From NCBI GenBank assembly GCA_963728205.1, contig CAVSIV010000006.1:1568001-1632000 (forward strand): a stretch of 64,000 nucleotides of DNA, written 5' to 3'. Made by a program: the position numbers and the translations under genes. Source of the stretch: an uncultured Chloroflexia bacterium. Its GTDB lineage: Bacteria > Chloroflexota > Dehalococcoidia > UBA2979. The number at the start of each line of letters is the position of its first letter. The stretch's first letter is position 1. Below are positions 33,677 to 43,934 of the stretch, piece by piece. Under the pieces are notes generated by a model. The model did not search any database. It was not told the DNA's origin and was given only the letters and a program-made list of their open reading frames with translations.

Positions 33677-33808
33677 CAAGCGGCGGCAGACATGCCGCCG
33701 ACAGATCGCGGCCGGACGGGCCGCGTTGACATCGGCGGCGTATCTGCCGCCGACAGATCGCGGCCGGACGGGCCGCGTTGACATCGGCGGCGTATCTGCC
33801 GCCGCTTG
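33677..33808. repeat. REPIN-like element family A, copy 1, with an internal exact 52-bp tandem duplication
   Basis: CAAGCGGCGGCAGACATGCCGCCGA...TCGGCGGCGTATCTGCCGCCGCTTG; 33693-33744 is identical to 33745-33796. Confidence 0.9.
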
Positions 33809-33834
33809 CGGCGACCTTTCGGGGGGCCGCGCCG

Positions 33835-36367
33835 TCAGTCGTCGTGGCCGAGGCCGGCCGTCTCCTCGCTCCACACCACGCCCTGCGCGCGCAGGCGCGC
33901 GATCGCGTCGGCGTCGTAGCCGAGCTCCGTGAGGATCGCGTCCGTGTGCTCGCCGGCGAGGCAGGCGGGGCCGAGCACGCCCGGCGTGCGGTGCAGTCGC
34001 GCGAGCGCGCCGTGGCGGCGGATGTCGCCCCAGCGCGCGTGGTGGACGGGGGCCGTCAGCTCGAGGATGTCGAGCTTCGCGTGCTCGTCGTCGAGCCAGA
34101 ACTCGCCCGGCATCGGGCCGTCCGCGCGCACGCAGCCGAGCCCGGCGACGGTGAGGAAGCGCTCCCAGTAGTCCGCGGTCTCAGTGGCGAAGAGATCCGA
34201 GAGCAGCGCCTCGAGCGCCGCGCGATTCTCGGTGCGTGCCTCGCGCGAGTTGAAGCGCAGGTCCGTCACGAGATCGGGCGCGTCGATGCGGGTGCAGAAC
34301 GCGCGCCATTCCTTCTCGAGCACCAGCGCGAGGAACACCCAGCCCTCCTTGCACCGGTACAGGCGGTAGAGCGGGCCGGTCCCGTAGAGGTCGCCGTCGG
34401 GGATCTCGCGCTCGGGCATGTCCTCGAAGCGGAGGAAGTTGTCGGAGTTCGCGTAGGCGTTCGCGCCGAGCATGTCGACGAACACCTGCTGCCCCACGCC
34501 GTGGCGGTGGCGCGCGTAGAGCCCGAGCATCGCCGCGGTCGTGACGACCATCGCCGTGTTCGGGTCGGGGTTCACCTCGTTCGCGCGCGATAGGCGCCGT
34601 GCCGCCTCGCGCGTCTCCTCCATGCTGCCGAGCGTCGTCGGCGGAAAGCCCTCGCCGACCTGGAACATCGCCCCGCCGGCGCCCGCGCCCGCGATCGGGT
34701 GCGTCGACGGCCGGTGCGCGCTCGGGCCCTCCTGCCCGTAGCCGTTCATCGCCACGTAGACGATGTCGGGCTTGATCGACTTCGCCTGGTCGTAGCCGAT
34801 GCCCAGCCGCTCGGGCACGCCCGGACGGTAGTTGTGGACGATCATGTCGGCCTGCGCGATCAGCTGGTGGACGATCGCCTGGCCGTGCTCGCTCTTCAGG
34901 TCGACGGCGATGCTCTCCTTGCCGGCGTTCGTGCGCGTCGCGCCGATGCCGCCGCCCATGCCGCGGTACGGGTCGCCGCCGATCGGCTCGACCTTGATCA
35001 CCCGCGCGCCGAGGTCCGCGAGGCCGGCGGTCCCGAGCGGCGTCGCGATGATCGTCGCGAACTCGAGCACCGTGAACCCGTCGAGCGCCGGCGCGAAGTC
35101 GGGCCCCGCCTCCTTCACGCTCGTGTCGAAGGGCTGCCGCGGCGTCTCCAGCACCTCGAACGTGTGCTGGCCGACCTCCGGGCCGGGGCCGCCGGGGCTG
35201 CCGGGCGTCTCGGTGAGGCGCGCGACCAGCCCGAGCTGCTTCATCGTCATCGGATCGCGCCGCTCGCTGACGAGGCCGAGGACCGTGTCCGCGATCGAGC
35301 TCTCGGCCTTCAGCTTGAGGTGGCGGCGCGGGTCGGAGACGTCGACGACGTGGCCGTTCATCACGAGGTCGGGGTCGTCGATCGCCTCCTGCGTCGTCTG
35401 GAACACGTGCGCCGCGACACCGCCGTGCGCCTGGAAGGTCTCCATCCACTCGTCGGCGGTCTTCTCGCGCATGCGCTCGAGCATGCGGTCGCGGAACGCC
35501 TCGCGGGCCTCCACCGGCCACATGGCAGGCGAGCCGACGCAGCGCTCGTCGGCGTAGACGTCGAGCAGGTCGGCCGCGGCGAGGAAGTTGTCGAAGAGGT
35601 GCTGCAGCAGGTTGCCGAGCTGGATTCCAGCGCCCGTCCTTCGCCTGGACGGGGTGGTAGTTGATGGTGGGCATGCGGTCGGCGGTGAGAAGCGGGTCGG
35701 CGCCGAACGCCTGCGGGTGGCTGCGCACGAGCTGCGAGCGGATGAGCCCGCCCATGTCGTAGGCCATGATCGCGCGCAGCAGGCTCGTCTCGATGTACTC
35801 GCCGTAGCCGACGCGGTCGCGCGCGATCAGGCCCGCGAGGATGCCGGCGACGGTCGACTGCGCGGCCGCGTGCGAGGCCACCTGTACCGCCGCGAAGCCC
35901 GGCCCCTCGCGCGGGGCGAGCCCCTCGAAGGCGCGCATGCGGCCCGACTTCGCGGCGACGATGCCCTCGTAGCCCGGGTAGCCGACGTACGGCCCGTACG
36001 GCCCGAACCCCGAGATGTGGCAGTAGACGATGCCGGGGTTCTGGTACGAGAGCACGTCGTAGTCGCAGCCGAGCGCGACGTCCTCGTGGGCGCGGAAGCT
36101 GGTGACGACGACGTCGGCGGTCTTCACGAGCGCGTAGAGGCGGTGGCGCTCGACCTCGCGCTTGAGGTCGAGCTCGACGGAGCGCTTGCCGCGCAGCCAC
36201 AGGGGCGCGTTGGTGAGGAAGCGGAACGGGTCGCCGTGCGGGCGCTCGACCTTGATCACGTCGGCGCCGAAGTCGGCGAGGATCATGGTGGCGATCCCGC
36301 CGACCGGGCCGCTGGAGAGGTCGACGACGCGGATGTCGGTGAGGGGACCCTGGCGGGGCTCGGCCAC
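33835..36367 (-). CDS. Tandem-domain family III CoA-transferase (CaiB/BaiF), with a +1 frameshift near 35625
   Basis: Two repeats of LAD.GA.VIKVE.P..GDP.R; KDGRW/IQLGNL is broken by an extra base. Confidence 0.9.
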
Positions 36368-36489
36368 GGTGCGCTCCTTCGGCGTGCGTGGGATGGGCGG
36401 CCCGGCGCCGGGGCGGCGGGCACGGTGCATGGTATGGGAGCGAGCGGCCGCGTCCAGTCCGTGGCCGGCGCGCGGCCGGGCGCGCCAGT

Positions 36490-36608
36490 GCGTGGCAAGC
36501 GGCGGCAGCATGCCGCCGATGTTCACGCGGGCGCGGCACCCGCGATCCACAGCGGCGGCACGCGGGCCGCCGACCGTATCGGCGGCATGCTGCCGCCGCT
36601 TGCCACGC
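36490..36608. repeat. REPIN-like element family A, copy 2
   Basis: Perfect 31-bp inverted repeat (36490-36520 / 36578-36608) with an internal hairpin and a degenerate third unit. Confidence 0.9.
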
Positions 36609-36625
36609 CGGCCGGGGGACTTCGG

Positions 36626-37676
36626 TCAGCGGACCGCCGTCACCATCTCGTCGCCGGGCGTCTGGCCGGCGGCGATGCCGATCGCGCGGGTGCGCGCCGC
36701 GAAGTCGCCGAGTGTCGCCGGCAACTCGCCGCGCGCGGTGAGCGCGCGGTGCTCGCGGCGCGCGAGCACGCCGGGATGCGCGGTCGCGCGGACGTCGGCG
36801 AAGCCGGCGTCGCGCAGCGCGGCGACGAGCCACGCGGTCGTCCAGCGGTGCAGCTGCGACGACGAGCGAGCGGCGCGCGAACCGGGCGAGCCGCTCGAGC
36901 AGCGCCGCGCCGAGCGGCGACCCCGGCTCGAGCAGCGACTCGCCGAACGCGAGCGGCGCGCCGGCGGCCGCGACGAGCGCGTCGCGGTGGAGCGCCGCCG
37001 CATCGCCGTCCGGCGGGACCTCGAGGAGGTAGCGCCGCTCGAGCGCCGGCTCGCGGACGCGCCGCGAGTAGACGTAGAGCAACCCGCGCGTGCCCTGCCA
37101 GAGCGACACCGTCTCCACCTCCGGCGCCGGGAGGCGCCACACCTGGTACGACGCCCGCAACACGCCGCCCCGACGCAGCACGCGCCGGATCTCGCGGAAC
37201 GCCGCCGCCGGGTCCGCCGCCTCCTCGAGCGACGACGCGGCGGTGACGAGGTCGACCGATCCGCCGGCGAGCGGCAGCGCGCCGCCGTCGCCGGCGGCGA
37301 AGGCGGCGTTCGCGAGCGCGAGGCGTCGCGCGTTCGCGCGGCACACGCGCACGCGGCGCGGCGAGGGATCGACGCCGAGCACGCGCGTGCACGGCAGGGC
37401 CGCCGCCAGCGGCAGCGCGGGCCATCCGTCGCCCGGGCCGAAGTCGACGACGCGCGTGCCGCCGGCCGGCAGGTGCGCGGCGTAGTCGGCCACGCGCGCA
37501 GCCTCGGCCCAGTGCTCCTCGCTGCGCGCGTCGTAGGGGACGTCGATGAACGGCACGTTGCCGCTGCGCTGGAGCGGCAACAGTTCGTAGAGGCCGCGCG
37601 CGGAGTCGAGCGCGCGCGGTGGGGCGAGGCGGCGCCAGAGCGACTCGAGCGGGGTGAGCGGCAGGTCACCGTTCAT
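36626..37676 (-). CDS. Class I SAM-dependent methyltransferase with a C-terminal extension, +1 frameshift near 36856
   Basis: VVDFGPGDG, GVDPS, GDGGALP and EIRRVLRRGG motifs. Confidence 0.8.
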
Positions 37677-37762
37677 GCCGGGAGCGTACCGGCGGTTCGG
37701 CGGCGGATCGAACAGATGATCGGCTAGTGCGAACCGCCCTCGGACGGTTCACCATCGCCGGC

Positions 37763-38968
37763 ATGAGCCAGCAACGCGGGGAAGGCCGCCCCCCGAACCG
37801 CCCGCCTGAGATCACCGATCGCCAGCGCGAGGTCGCGCGCCTGGTCGCCGCCGGTTATACGAACGAGCGCATCGCGGACACGCTGGGGATCAGCCTCGCT
37901 GGCGCGAAATACCACGTGTCGGAGTTGCTCTCCCGCCTGGGTCTCAGTCGACGTGATGAGATCGGTGACTGGTACAGGTCACATGCGGTCGGGCGCCGCC
38001 TGAGCGTGGCTGGTTGGTGGATCGGGACGACCACGGTGCGGCGCCTGTCGATCATCGCCGCAGTCGCGGTGGTTGGATCGTGCTCGTGATCGCCGGAGCG
38101 GCGCGTGGTTCGATTGGCTGGCACGGGTCGAACTGCCCCAGACCATGCCGCTGACCAAACCGAACCGGACAGCGCGTACCGCGTCTATACCGCGCAGGAA
38201 CTGCGCGCGCGCGGGATGGTCGATATGGGGCGGCTGTTCGCGTCGCCGGAGCCGATCGAGGCATCGATTCGGGTCGACCTCGTTGCCGTGCGCATTCATG
38301 GACGCGCATCCATCGTCCTGCACAATGGCGTCGTCGACTGGGTCGAGAATGGCTGCTGCACAGCGCTCGGCCTCCATACGGACGACGCGCGCGACGAGGT
38401 GGCCATCACTATCTCCAAGGGCGGTGGCTTTCCAACGCAAGCGGCTGCGGAGATCGACCCGGACCCAGGCGCGCTTGCAGTGATGCCCGCCGCCGGGCGG
38501 CAAGATGCGAGGTCGGCATCGATGCACGACGCGGCGGCCCGCCAATCTACTCGCTCGCGATCGCAGTGGACGGGCGCGGCAACCTCTATGTCGGTCGTGC
38601 GCCAATTGCGGTAACCGCGCCGTTCGAGCAGTTCACGGGCGCGCACCTGGACGTCGAGTGCGACACGTCGCCTGGGGCTCGCAGGTGGGCCAGGACCGAC
38701 GACCTTCCTCCCGCCACTCACACGGACGGCCTGCATCGGCCAGCCAGCTTGCGAGTGTGGCTGCGCACGGCCTCGGTGCTCGCGCCGATCTCAGGAACAC
38801 TGGTGTGCGACGCAGATGGGGGTATTCGAGTTGACCGACACGGACCTGACCCTGCGCCTGTCATTGACATCGTTCTATGGCGAACGGGTGGCGTGCGAAG
38901 GCAGAGACGCGCCGTCCGACTGGGGGATCAGCTCGACGGCGACGGGGCGGTGGTTAGGATCCAGCTAG
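37763..38968 (+). pseudogene. LuxR-type HTH plus transmembrane helix plus extracytoplasmic domain, multiply frameshifted
   Basis: ITDRQREVARLVAAGYTNERIADTLGISLAGAKYHVSELLSRLG followed by a hydrophobic segment; downstream coding is split across frames; 3' limit approximate. Confidence 0.6.
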
Positions 38969-39070
38969 TCATCGGCGACGGGGCGGGCGCTCGACGTCGC
39001 GAGTGGCCCCGACGGAACGTTGTTCGCGGGGCAATCGAGTCGACGCCGGTTGCCCGTGCCACGGATACCA

Positions 39071-39096
39071 GTGAGGGGCGCCCGCGCGCCCCTCAC
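39071..39096. terminator. Hairpin between convergent genes
   Basis: GTGAGGGGCGC-CCGC-GCGCCCCTCAC. Confidence 0.55.
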
Positions 39097-39120
39097 CTCG
39101 TGCTTCGCGGCAGTCTCGGT

Positions 39121-39540
39121 CTAGTCGACGCGCGCGGTCGCGCTCCCGGTGACCACGGCCTTGCCGTCCTGGTTCACCGTCTCGAGGTCGAGGTCGACGA
39201 GCTTCTGGCCGCCCTCCTCGCGCACCTCCTTGACCGTCGCCTTCGCGGTGAGCGTGTCGCCGGGGAAGACCTGCGAGACGAAGCGCACGCCGAACTTCGT
39301 GAGGCGGCCGTCGCCGACCCAGTTCGTCAGCATCGTGCCGGTCAGGCCCATCGTGAGCATGCCGTGCGCGAAGACGGTCGGGTAGCCGGCGACCTTCGTC
39401 GCGAAGACCTCGTCCGAGTGCAGCGGGTTGTAGTCGCCGGAGGCGCCGGCGTACTGGACGATCTGGGTGCGGCTGAGGTCGGTCACGACCACGGCCTCGT
39501 GGGTGTCGCCGGGCTTGAGGTCGCTTGCCTTGAGTGCCAT
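39121..39540 (-). CDS. MaoC family (R)-enoyl-CoA hydratase, catalytic subunit
   Basis: YAGASGDYNPLH and AHGMLTMG motifs. Confidence 0.92.
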   Translation of the reverse strand: MALKASDLKPGDTHEAVVVTDLSRTQIVQYAGASGDYNPLHSDEVFATKVAGYPTVFAHGMLTMGLTGTMLTNWVGDGRLTKFGVRFVSQVFPGDTLTAKATVKEVREEGGQKLVDLDLETVNQDGKAVVTGSATARVD

Positions 39541-39553
39541 CGCGGTGTCTCCC

Positions 39554-40066
39554 TTAGCCCTGCTGCACCGGGCGCTCGGTGCGCACGCCGACGGAACGGG
39601 CGGTGATCACGAGCTCGTTGTTCTGGTCGTAGTACTCGGTGATCGACTCGCTGAAGTGGAGCTTGCCGGCGCGGCGCCCCTCGGCCTCCCACGTCTTGCC
39701 GGGCTTGTTCACGGCGTGCAGGACGTCGCCCGGGCGCAGCTGCCGGTGGTACTCGTAGTGCTGCTCGGCGTGCAGCCCGGTGCCGCCGCCGCCACCCCGG
39801 CCCTCCGCCGGCGCCTCGGGCTCGGGCGCGTTCGAGCCGCTCGGGTTCTTGCCGGAGCCGAACCAGCGCTCGCCGATCTTCGGACGCAGGAAGTAGTCGG
39901 CGTCGAACTGGGCGCTCGCCTGGACGAAGGTCGGCGGGGCGATCATCCCGCCGGGCTCCGTCTGCTTCGCCGCCTCTTCGTCGTAGTAGATCGGGTTCGT
40001 GTCCCCGACCGCGCGGGCGAACATCATGATGTGGCTCGCCTCGACCGGGAATCGCTCGACTGACAT
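39554..40066 (-). CDS. MaoC-like hot-dog partner subunit (HadA type)
   Basis: FARAVGDTNPIYYD, APPTF and LHAEQHYEYHR motifs. Confidence 0.88.
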   Translation of the reverse strand: MSVERFPVEASHIMMFARAVGDTNPIYYDEEAAKQTEPGGMIAPPTFVQASAQFDADYFLRPKIGERWFGSGKNPSGSNAPEPEAPAEGRGGGGGTGLHAEQHYEYHRQLRPGDVLHAVNKPGKTWEAEGRRAGKLHFSESITEYYDQNNELVITARSVGVRTERPVQQG

Positions 40067-40302
40067 CGTTTCTCCTCGCTACCGGTCGGGAATCGCCGCC
40101 GGGACGGCCGCGATTCCCTCCCTATCTGCCTGCGCTCGCTCCGCTGACGCTTCGCTCGCTCCGGCGAGCGCGAGGCCGGCGCGAGGGAGCGGCTCGTTGG
40201 TCCTGGGGCGCGCGGATTCTAGCAGCGAACGCGCCGCCGGCGAGCGCGGGGCGATGCGCCCCGCATTCGCCGCCGAGCGCGCTGCGCACCGCCGGCGGGC
40301 GG

Positions 40303-41439
40303 CTACAGGCGCTCCGCCACTTCACGGGCGAGCGGGAGCGACGCGGTCAGGCCCGGCGACTCGATGCCGCCGAGGTGCACGTACCCGCGGTCCTCCCAGA
40401 TCACGAAGTCGACGAGGCCCTCGCCCGGCGCCTGGACCTTCGGGCGGTACCCGACCTGGCCGGGGGCGATGTCCTCGTCGCGCAGCGCGGGGAGGAAGCG
40501 GCGGCCGGAGGCGAGGAACGTCGCGCGGGCGCTGTCGTCGTTGCGGTAGTCGAGCGGCGTGTCGGCGTCGATCCACTCCATCGACGGGCCGAGGTGCGCG
40601 CCGCCCTCCGCGTCGACGGTGAGGTGGAGGCCGAGGCCGCCGGCGGCGTGGTCGGGCAGCGGGTAGATCGGCCGCGAGACGAGGCGGGCGACGGCCGGGT
40701 TCACGATGTCGTAGTAGCGGCCGCGGTTCACCCACTGGCGCAGGCGCGGCACGCCCTCGCCGCCGTCGAGCGGGTAGCCGAGCGCCGCGGCGACGTCGGC
40801 GGCGCGCAGGCCGGCGGCGTTCACGAGCGCGGCGCAGCGGAGCGTTGCCGCGCCGCCGTCGGGGTCGCGCACGGCGAGCGCGAAGCCGCCGGCGACGCGC
40901 TCGGCGCCGCGCAGCTCGTGGCGGTAGGCGAAGAGCGCGCCGTGCGCTCGCGCCTCGGCCTCGAGCGAGCGCGCGTAGGCGAAGTTGTCGACCACGCCCG
41001 TCGACGGCGAGTAGACGGCTTCCACGATCGGCACGTGCGGCTCGAGCGCGCGCGCGCGCTTGCCGGTCAGCCGCTCGATGCCGGGCACGCCGTTCGCCGA
41101 CGCCTGCGCGAAGACGGCGTCCAGGCCGTCGCGCTCGTCCTCCGCCAGCGCCACGATCAGCTTGCCGGTCTGCCGCGCGAGCACGTCGTGATCGCGCGCC
41201 CAGCGCCACAGCGCGGCGTTGCCCTCGATGCAGAGTCGGTGCTTCAGCGAGCCGGTCTCGTAGTAGATGCCGGCGTGCACGACGCCGCTGTTGTGTGAAC
41301 TGGTCTCGCGCGCGATGCCGTCATGGCGCTCGATCACGAGCACGCTGCGGTCGCGGGACAGCCGCTCGGCGACGGCGAGCCCGACCACGCCGGCGCCGAT
41401 CACCACCACTTCGGCGTCGAGGCCGGCCGCGGTTGTCAT
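40303..41439 (-). CDS. FAD-dependent oxidoreductase, L-2-hydroxyglutarate oxidase-like
   Basis: IGAGVVGLA, ETSSHNSGVVHAG and GIESPGLTAS motifs. Confidence 0.88.
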   Translation of the reverse strand: MTTAAGLDAEVVVIGAGVVGLAVAERLSRDRSVLVIERHDGIARETSSHNSGVVHAGIYYETGSLKHRLCIEGNAALWRWARDHDVLARQTGKLIVALAEDERDGLDAVFAQASANGVPGIERLTGKRARALEPHVPIVEAVYSPSTGVVDNFAYARSLEAEARAHGALFAYRHELRGAERVAGGFALAVRDPDGGAATLRCAALVNAAGLRAADVAAALGYPLDGGEGVPRLRQWVNRGRYYDIVNPAVARLVSRPIYPLPDHAAGGLGLHLTVDAEGGAHLGPSMEWIDADTPLDYRNDDSARATFLASGRRFLPALRDEDIAPGQVGYRPKVQAPGEGLVDFVIWEDRGYVHLGGIESPGLTASLPLAREVAERL

Positions 41440-41453
41440 GGACGGTCCTCGTC

Positions 41454-41533
41454 AAGCGGCGGCAGACACGCCGCCGATGCGAACGCGCGGCCCGTGGGCC
41501 GCGCACCTGTCGGCGGCATCTCTGCCGCCGCTT
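41454..41533. repeat. REPIN-like element family A, copy 3
   Basis: AAGCGGCGGCAGACACGCCGCCGA, a central GCGCGGCCC/GGGCCGCGC hairpin, then TCGGCGGCATCTCTGCCGCCGCTT. Confidence 0.9.
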
Positions 41534-41553
41534 TGGGGGCGCCGCGCGCCGCC

Positions 41554-42528
41554 CTAGGCCCTGCCGATCTCGCCGTTCGCCGCCACGATCACGTGATCGC
41601 CGCGGAAGTCGTCGAGCCGCGCGCCGGCGACCACGAGCGCGTCGCGCAGGTTCGAGTTCCGCACGATCGCGCCGTCGCCGATCACGACGTTCGGGCCGAG
41701 CACGGAGCCCGCGATCACCGCCGCGCGTCCGATCAGCACCGGGTCCTTGATCTCGGTCTGCTCGGCGACGACCTTGCGGCCTTCGTGCCAGCGCTCCTCG
41801 GCGAGCAGCTCGCCCTGCGTCGCGAGCAGGCTACCGATCGCACCGACGTCGAGCCACCGGCCGTCGAACCGCCGGCCGCCGATCGTCGCGCCGTCCTTCA
41901 GCATCTCGGCGATCGTCGCGGAGAGGTCGACCTCGCCCTTCGCGTTGATGAAGGGGCGGTCGCGCAGCCGCTCGATCACCGCGGGCGTGAGCATCCAGAC
42001 CCCGCAGAGCGCGAGGTCCGACCGCGGCTCCTGCGGCTTCTCCTCGAGGTCGACGACGCGGTCGCCTTCGAGGATCGCGATGCCCATCTCGCGCGGGCGG
42101 TCCGTGGGGTGGAGGGTGAGCCAGGCGGCGACGTCGGACGCGACGAACGCGTCGACCTGCGAGCGGAGGTCGCCGCGCAGCAGCGCGTCGACGGCGAGCA
42201 CGACGACCTTGCGACCGGCGAGCGGCGGGCCGGCGCAGAGGACCGCGTCGCCGGAGCCGCGCGGCTCGGGCTGCACGGCGACGTGCACGGTGACGCCGTC
42301 GGGGGCGTGCTCCTTCGCCGTCGGCCCGGTCTGCGCGTCGTTGCCGGCGACGACCACGACAATCTCGCGGATGCCGGCCTCGGCGAGGAGGTCGAGCCCG
42401 TAAGCGATGAGCGGGCGGTTGAGGATGGGGACGAGCGCCTTGGGCAGCTCGTTCGTGAGCGGTCGCAGCCGAGTGCCGAGGCCGCCGGTCAGGATTACGC
42501 CCAGTGGTTCGTCAGTCTGCGCGGTCAG
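41554..42528 (-). CDS. Sugar-phosphate nucleotidyltransferase (long-form RmlA-like), probable CTG start
   Basis: GVILTGGLGTRLRPLTNELPK, QPEPRG, EEKP and KGEVDL motifs; C-terminal hexapeptide repeats. Confidence 0.88.
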   Translation of the reverse strand: MTAQTDEPLGVILTGGLGTRLRPLTNELPKALVPILNRPLIAYGLDLLAEAGIREIVVVVAGNDAQTGPTAKEHAPDGVTVHVAVQPEPRGSGDAVLCAGPPLAGRKVVVLAVDALLRGDLRSQVDAFVASDVAAWLTLHPTDRPREMGIAILEGDRVVDLEEKPQEPRSDLALCGVWMLTPAVIERLRDRPFINAKGEVDLSATIAEMLKDGATIGGRRFDGRWLDVGAIGSLLATQGELLAEERWHEGRKVVAEQTEIKDPVLIGRAAVIAGSVLGPNVVIGDGAIVRNSNLRDALVVAGARLDDFRGDHVIVAANGEIGRA

Positions 42529-42646
42529 CGGGGGCCCCCTTCATCCCGGGTAGTTCCGACCTGCTTCAAGGGTACGAGCCCGGCGAAACCGCGCCGCGGC
42601 GCACCCTGTGCAGACCGGCCTTCTCCGACTGCGTAGCATGGCTTTG

Positions 42647-42973
42647 ATGACCACGAGTCCCCCGCCGCGTCCCACGACCGAGGCGCCGGAGCAGACGGAG
42701 ACGCGAGCGGAGCGCCTCTGGCATCTCGTGCTGCTCGACGACAACGACCACTCGTACGAGTACGTGATCGAGATGCTCGCGTCGATCTTCGGCTATGGGC
42801 CGGAGAAGGCGTTCGCACTGGCTCGGATCGTGGATTCGGAGGGTCGAGTGATTCTCGAGACGGCGTCGCGGCCGCAGTGCGAGCGTCACCAGTCGCAGAT
42901 CCACGCGTACGGCGCGGACCCGCGCATCCCGGCGTCGAAGGGTTCGATGAGCGCGGTGCTGGAAGAGGCGTAG
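42647..42973 (+). CDS. clpS: ATP-dependent Clp protease adaptor ClpS
   Basis: WHLVLLDDNDHSYEYVIEML and VDSEGR motifs. Confidence 0.88.
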   Translation: MTTSPPPRPTTEAPEQTETRAERLWHLVLLDDNDHSYEYVIEMLASIFGYGPEKAFALARIVDSEGRVILETASRPQCERHQSQIHAYGADPRIPASKGSMSAVLEEA

Positions 42974-42979
42974 CGGCGA

Positions 42980-43597
42980 TCAGGCGACGGGCGCGACGGG
43001 GACGGGCCGGCCGTTGCGCGAGGCCGCGATCACCCGGCGTTCCTCGATCACCATGTGCTGCGGGGTGCCGGGATTCGGACGGCCCTCGGTGGGGCCGAGC
43101 GTCAGGATCTCGGCGTGCAGCCGGTCGGGCGTGAGCTCGAGCAGCGCGGCCGTGCCGAGCCGCGTGTCCTGGTGGTGCGGCAGCGTCGGGCTGCCGGAGT
43201 TCAGGATCACGACGCCGTCGCGGTACTCGAGGCGCTCTACGTGCGTGTCGCCGGCGATGATGATGTCGACGCGCTTGCCGCGCAGGTTGCGCTCGATCAT
43301 CTCCTGCACCGGGCGGTCCTCCGGCCGCAGGTCGTGGAGCATGCCGATGCTCCAGCCCTCGAGGTCGAGGAACTGCAGCGGCTCCATCCGCGGGTCTTCG
43401 AAGGCATCGTTGTTGCCGGTCGCGACGACAATCGGCGCGTACTGCTCGCACCAGTCGAGGACGAGCGGCCGGACGACGTCGCCCGAGTGGAGGATGAGGT
43501 CGGCCTCGGCGAGGAACTCGCCGAGGTGGGGACCGAGCTGGTCGGGGGTGCGGATGAGCGACGGGAGGTGGGTGTCGGAGATCACGGCGACGCGCAT
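42980..43597 (-). CDS. YfcE-type metallophosphoesterase
   Basis: ISDTH, HSGD, GNND, GDTH and NSGS motifs. Confidence 0.88.
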   Translation of the reverse strand: MRVAVISDTHLPSLIRTPDQLGPHLGEFLAEADLILHSGDVVRPLVLDWCEQYAPIVVATGNNDAFEDPRMEPLQFLDLEGWSIGMLHDLRPEDRPVQEMIERNLRGKRVDIIIAGDTHVERLEYRDGVVILNSGSPTLPHHQDTRLGTAALLELTPDRLHAEILTLGPTEGRPNPGTPQHMVIEERRVIAASRNGRPVPVAPVA

Positions 43598-43626
43598 GGC
43601 GGGCAGGGTACCCCAACGCCGACGGC

Positions 43627-43679
43627 GGCGCGCGGCAGAGCCCGTCCTGAGCCTGTTGAAGGGCTTCAGGCCTGCCGTG
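43627..43679. repeat. Family B copy interrupted by a 24-bp insertion (43638-43661)
   Basis: GGCGCGCGGCA[GAGCCCGTCCTGAGCCTGTTGAAG]GGCTTCAGGCCTGCCGTG; the flanks equal the reverse complement of 49374-49402. Confidence 0.8.
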
Positions 43680-43793
43680 GGCGGCGGCGACCTCCAGCGG
43701 TATGAGGCGTCACCTTCAGCCCGGTGGAGCCGCTTGCGGTGCACGGCAGTCGACATGCCCCGGTGGGGCGTCGTGCGCGCATGCACGTCACCC

Positions 43794-43883
43794 AAAGCGG
43801 CGGCAGATATGCCGCCGACAGGACGCGGACGCATTCCGCGGCCGGCACCGCGCTTCTGTCGGCGGCATATCTGCCGCCGCTTT
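43794..43883. repeat. REPIN-like element family A, copy 4
   Basis: Perfect 28-bp inverted repeat AAAGCGGCGGCAGATATGCCGCCGACAG (43794-43821 / 43856-43883). Confidence 0.9.
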
Positions 43884-43934
43884 ACGTTCCGACGAGGCCT
43901 GCCTCTCGACAGGCCGAAGCATCCCGCGCGCCGG

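Noticed and set aside
33681-33804. CRISPR-like periodicity (20-bp palindrome plus 32-bp spacer, three units)
   Set aside because: The spacers are identical, the outer repeats are inverted, and no cas genes or leader are present. It is a tandem duplication within a REPIN-like element.
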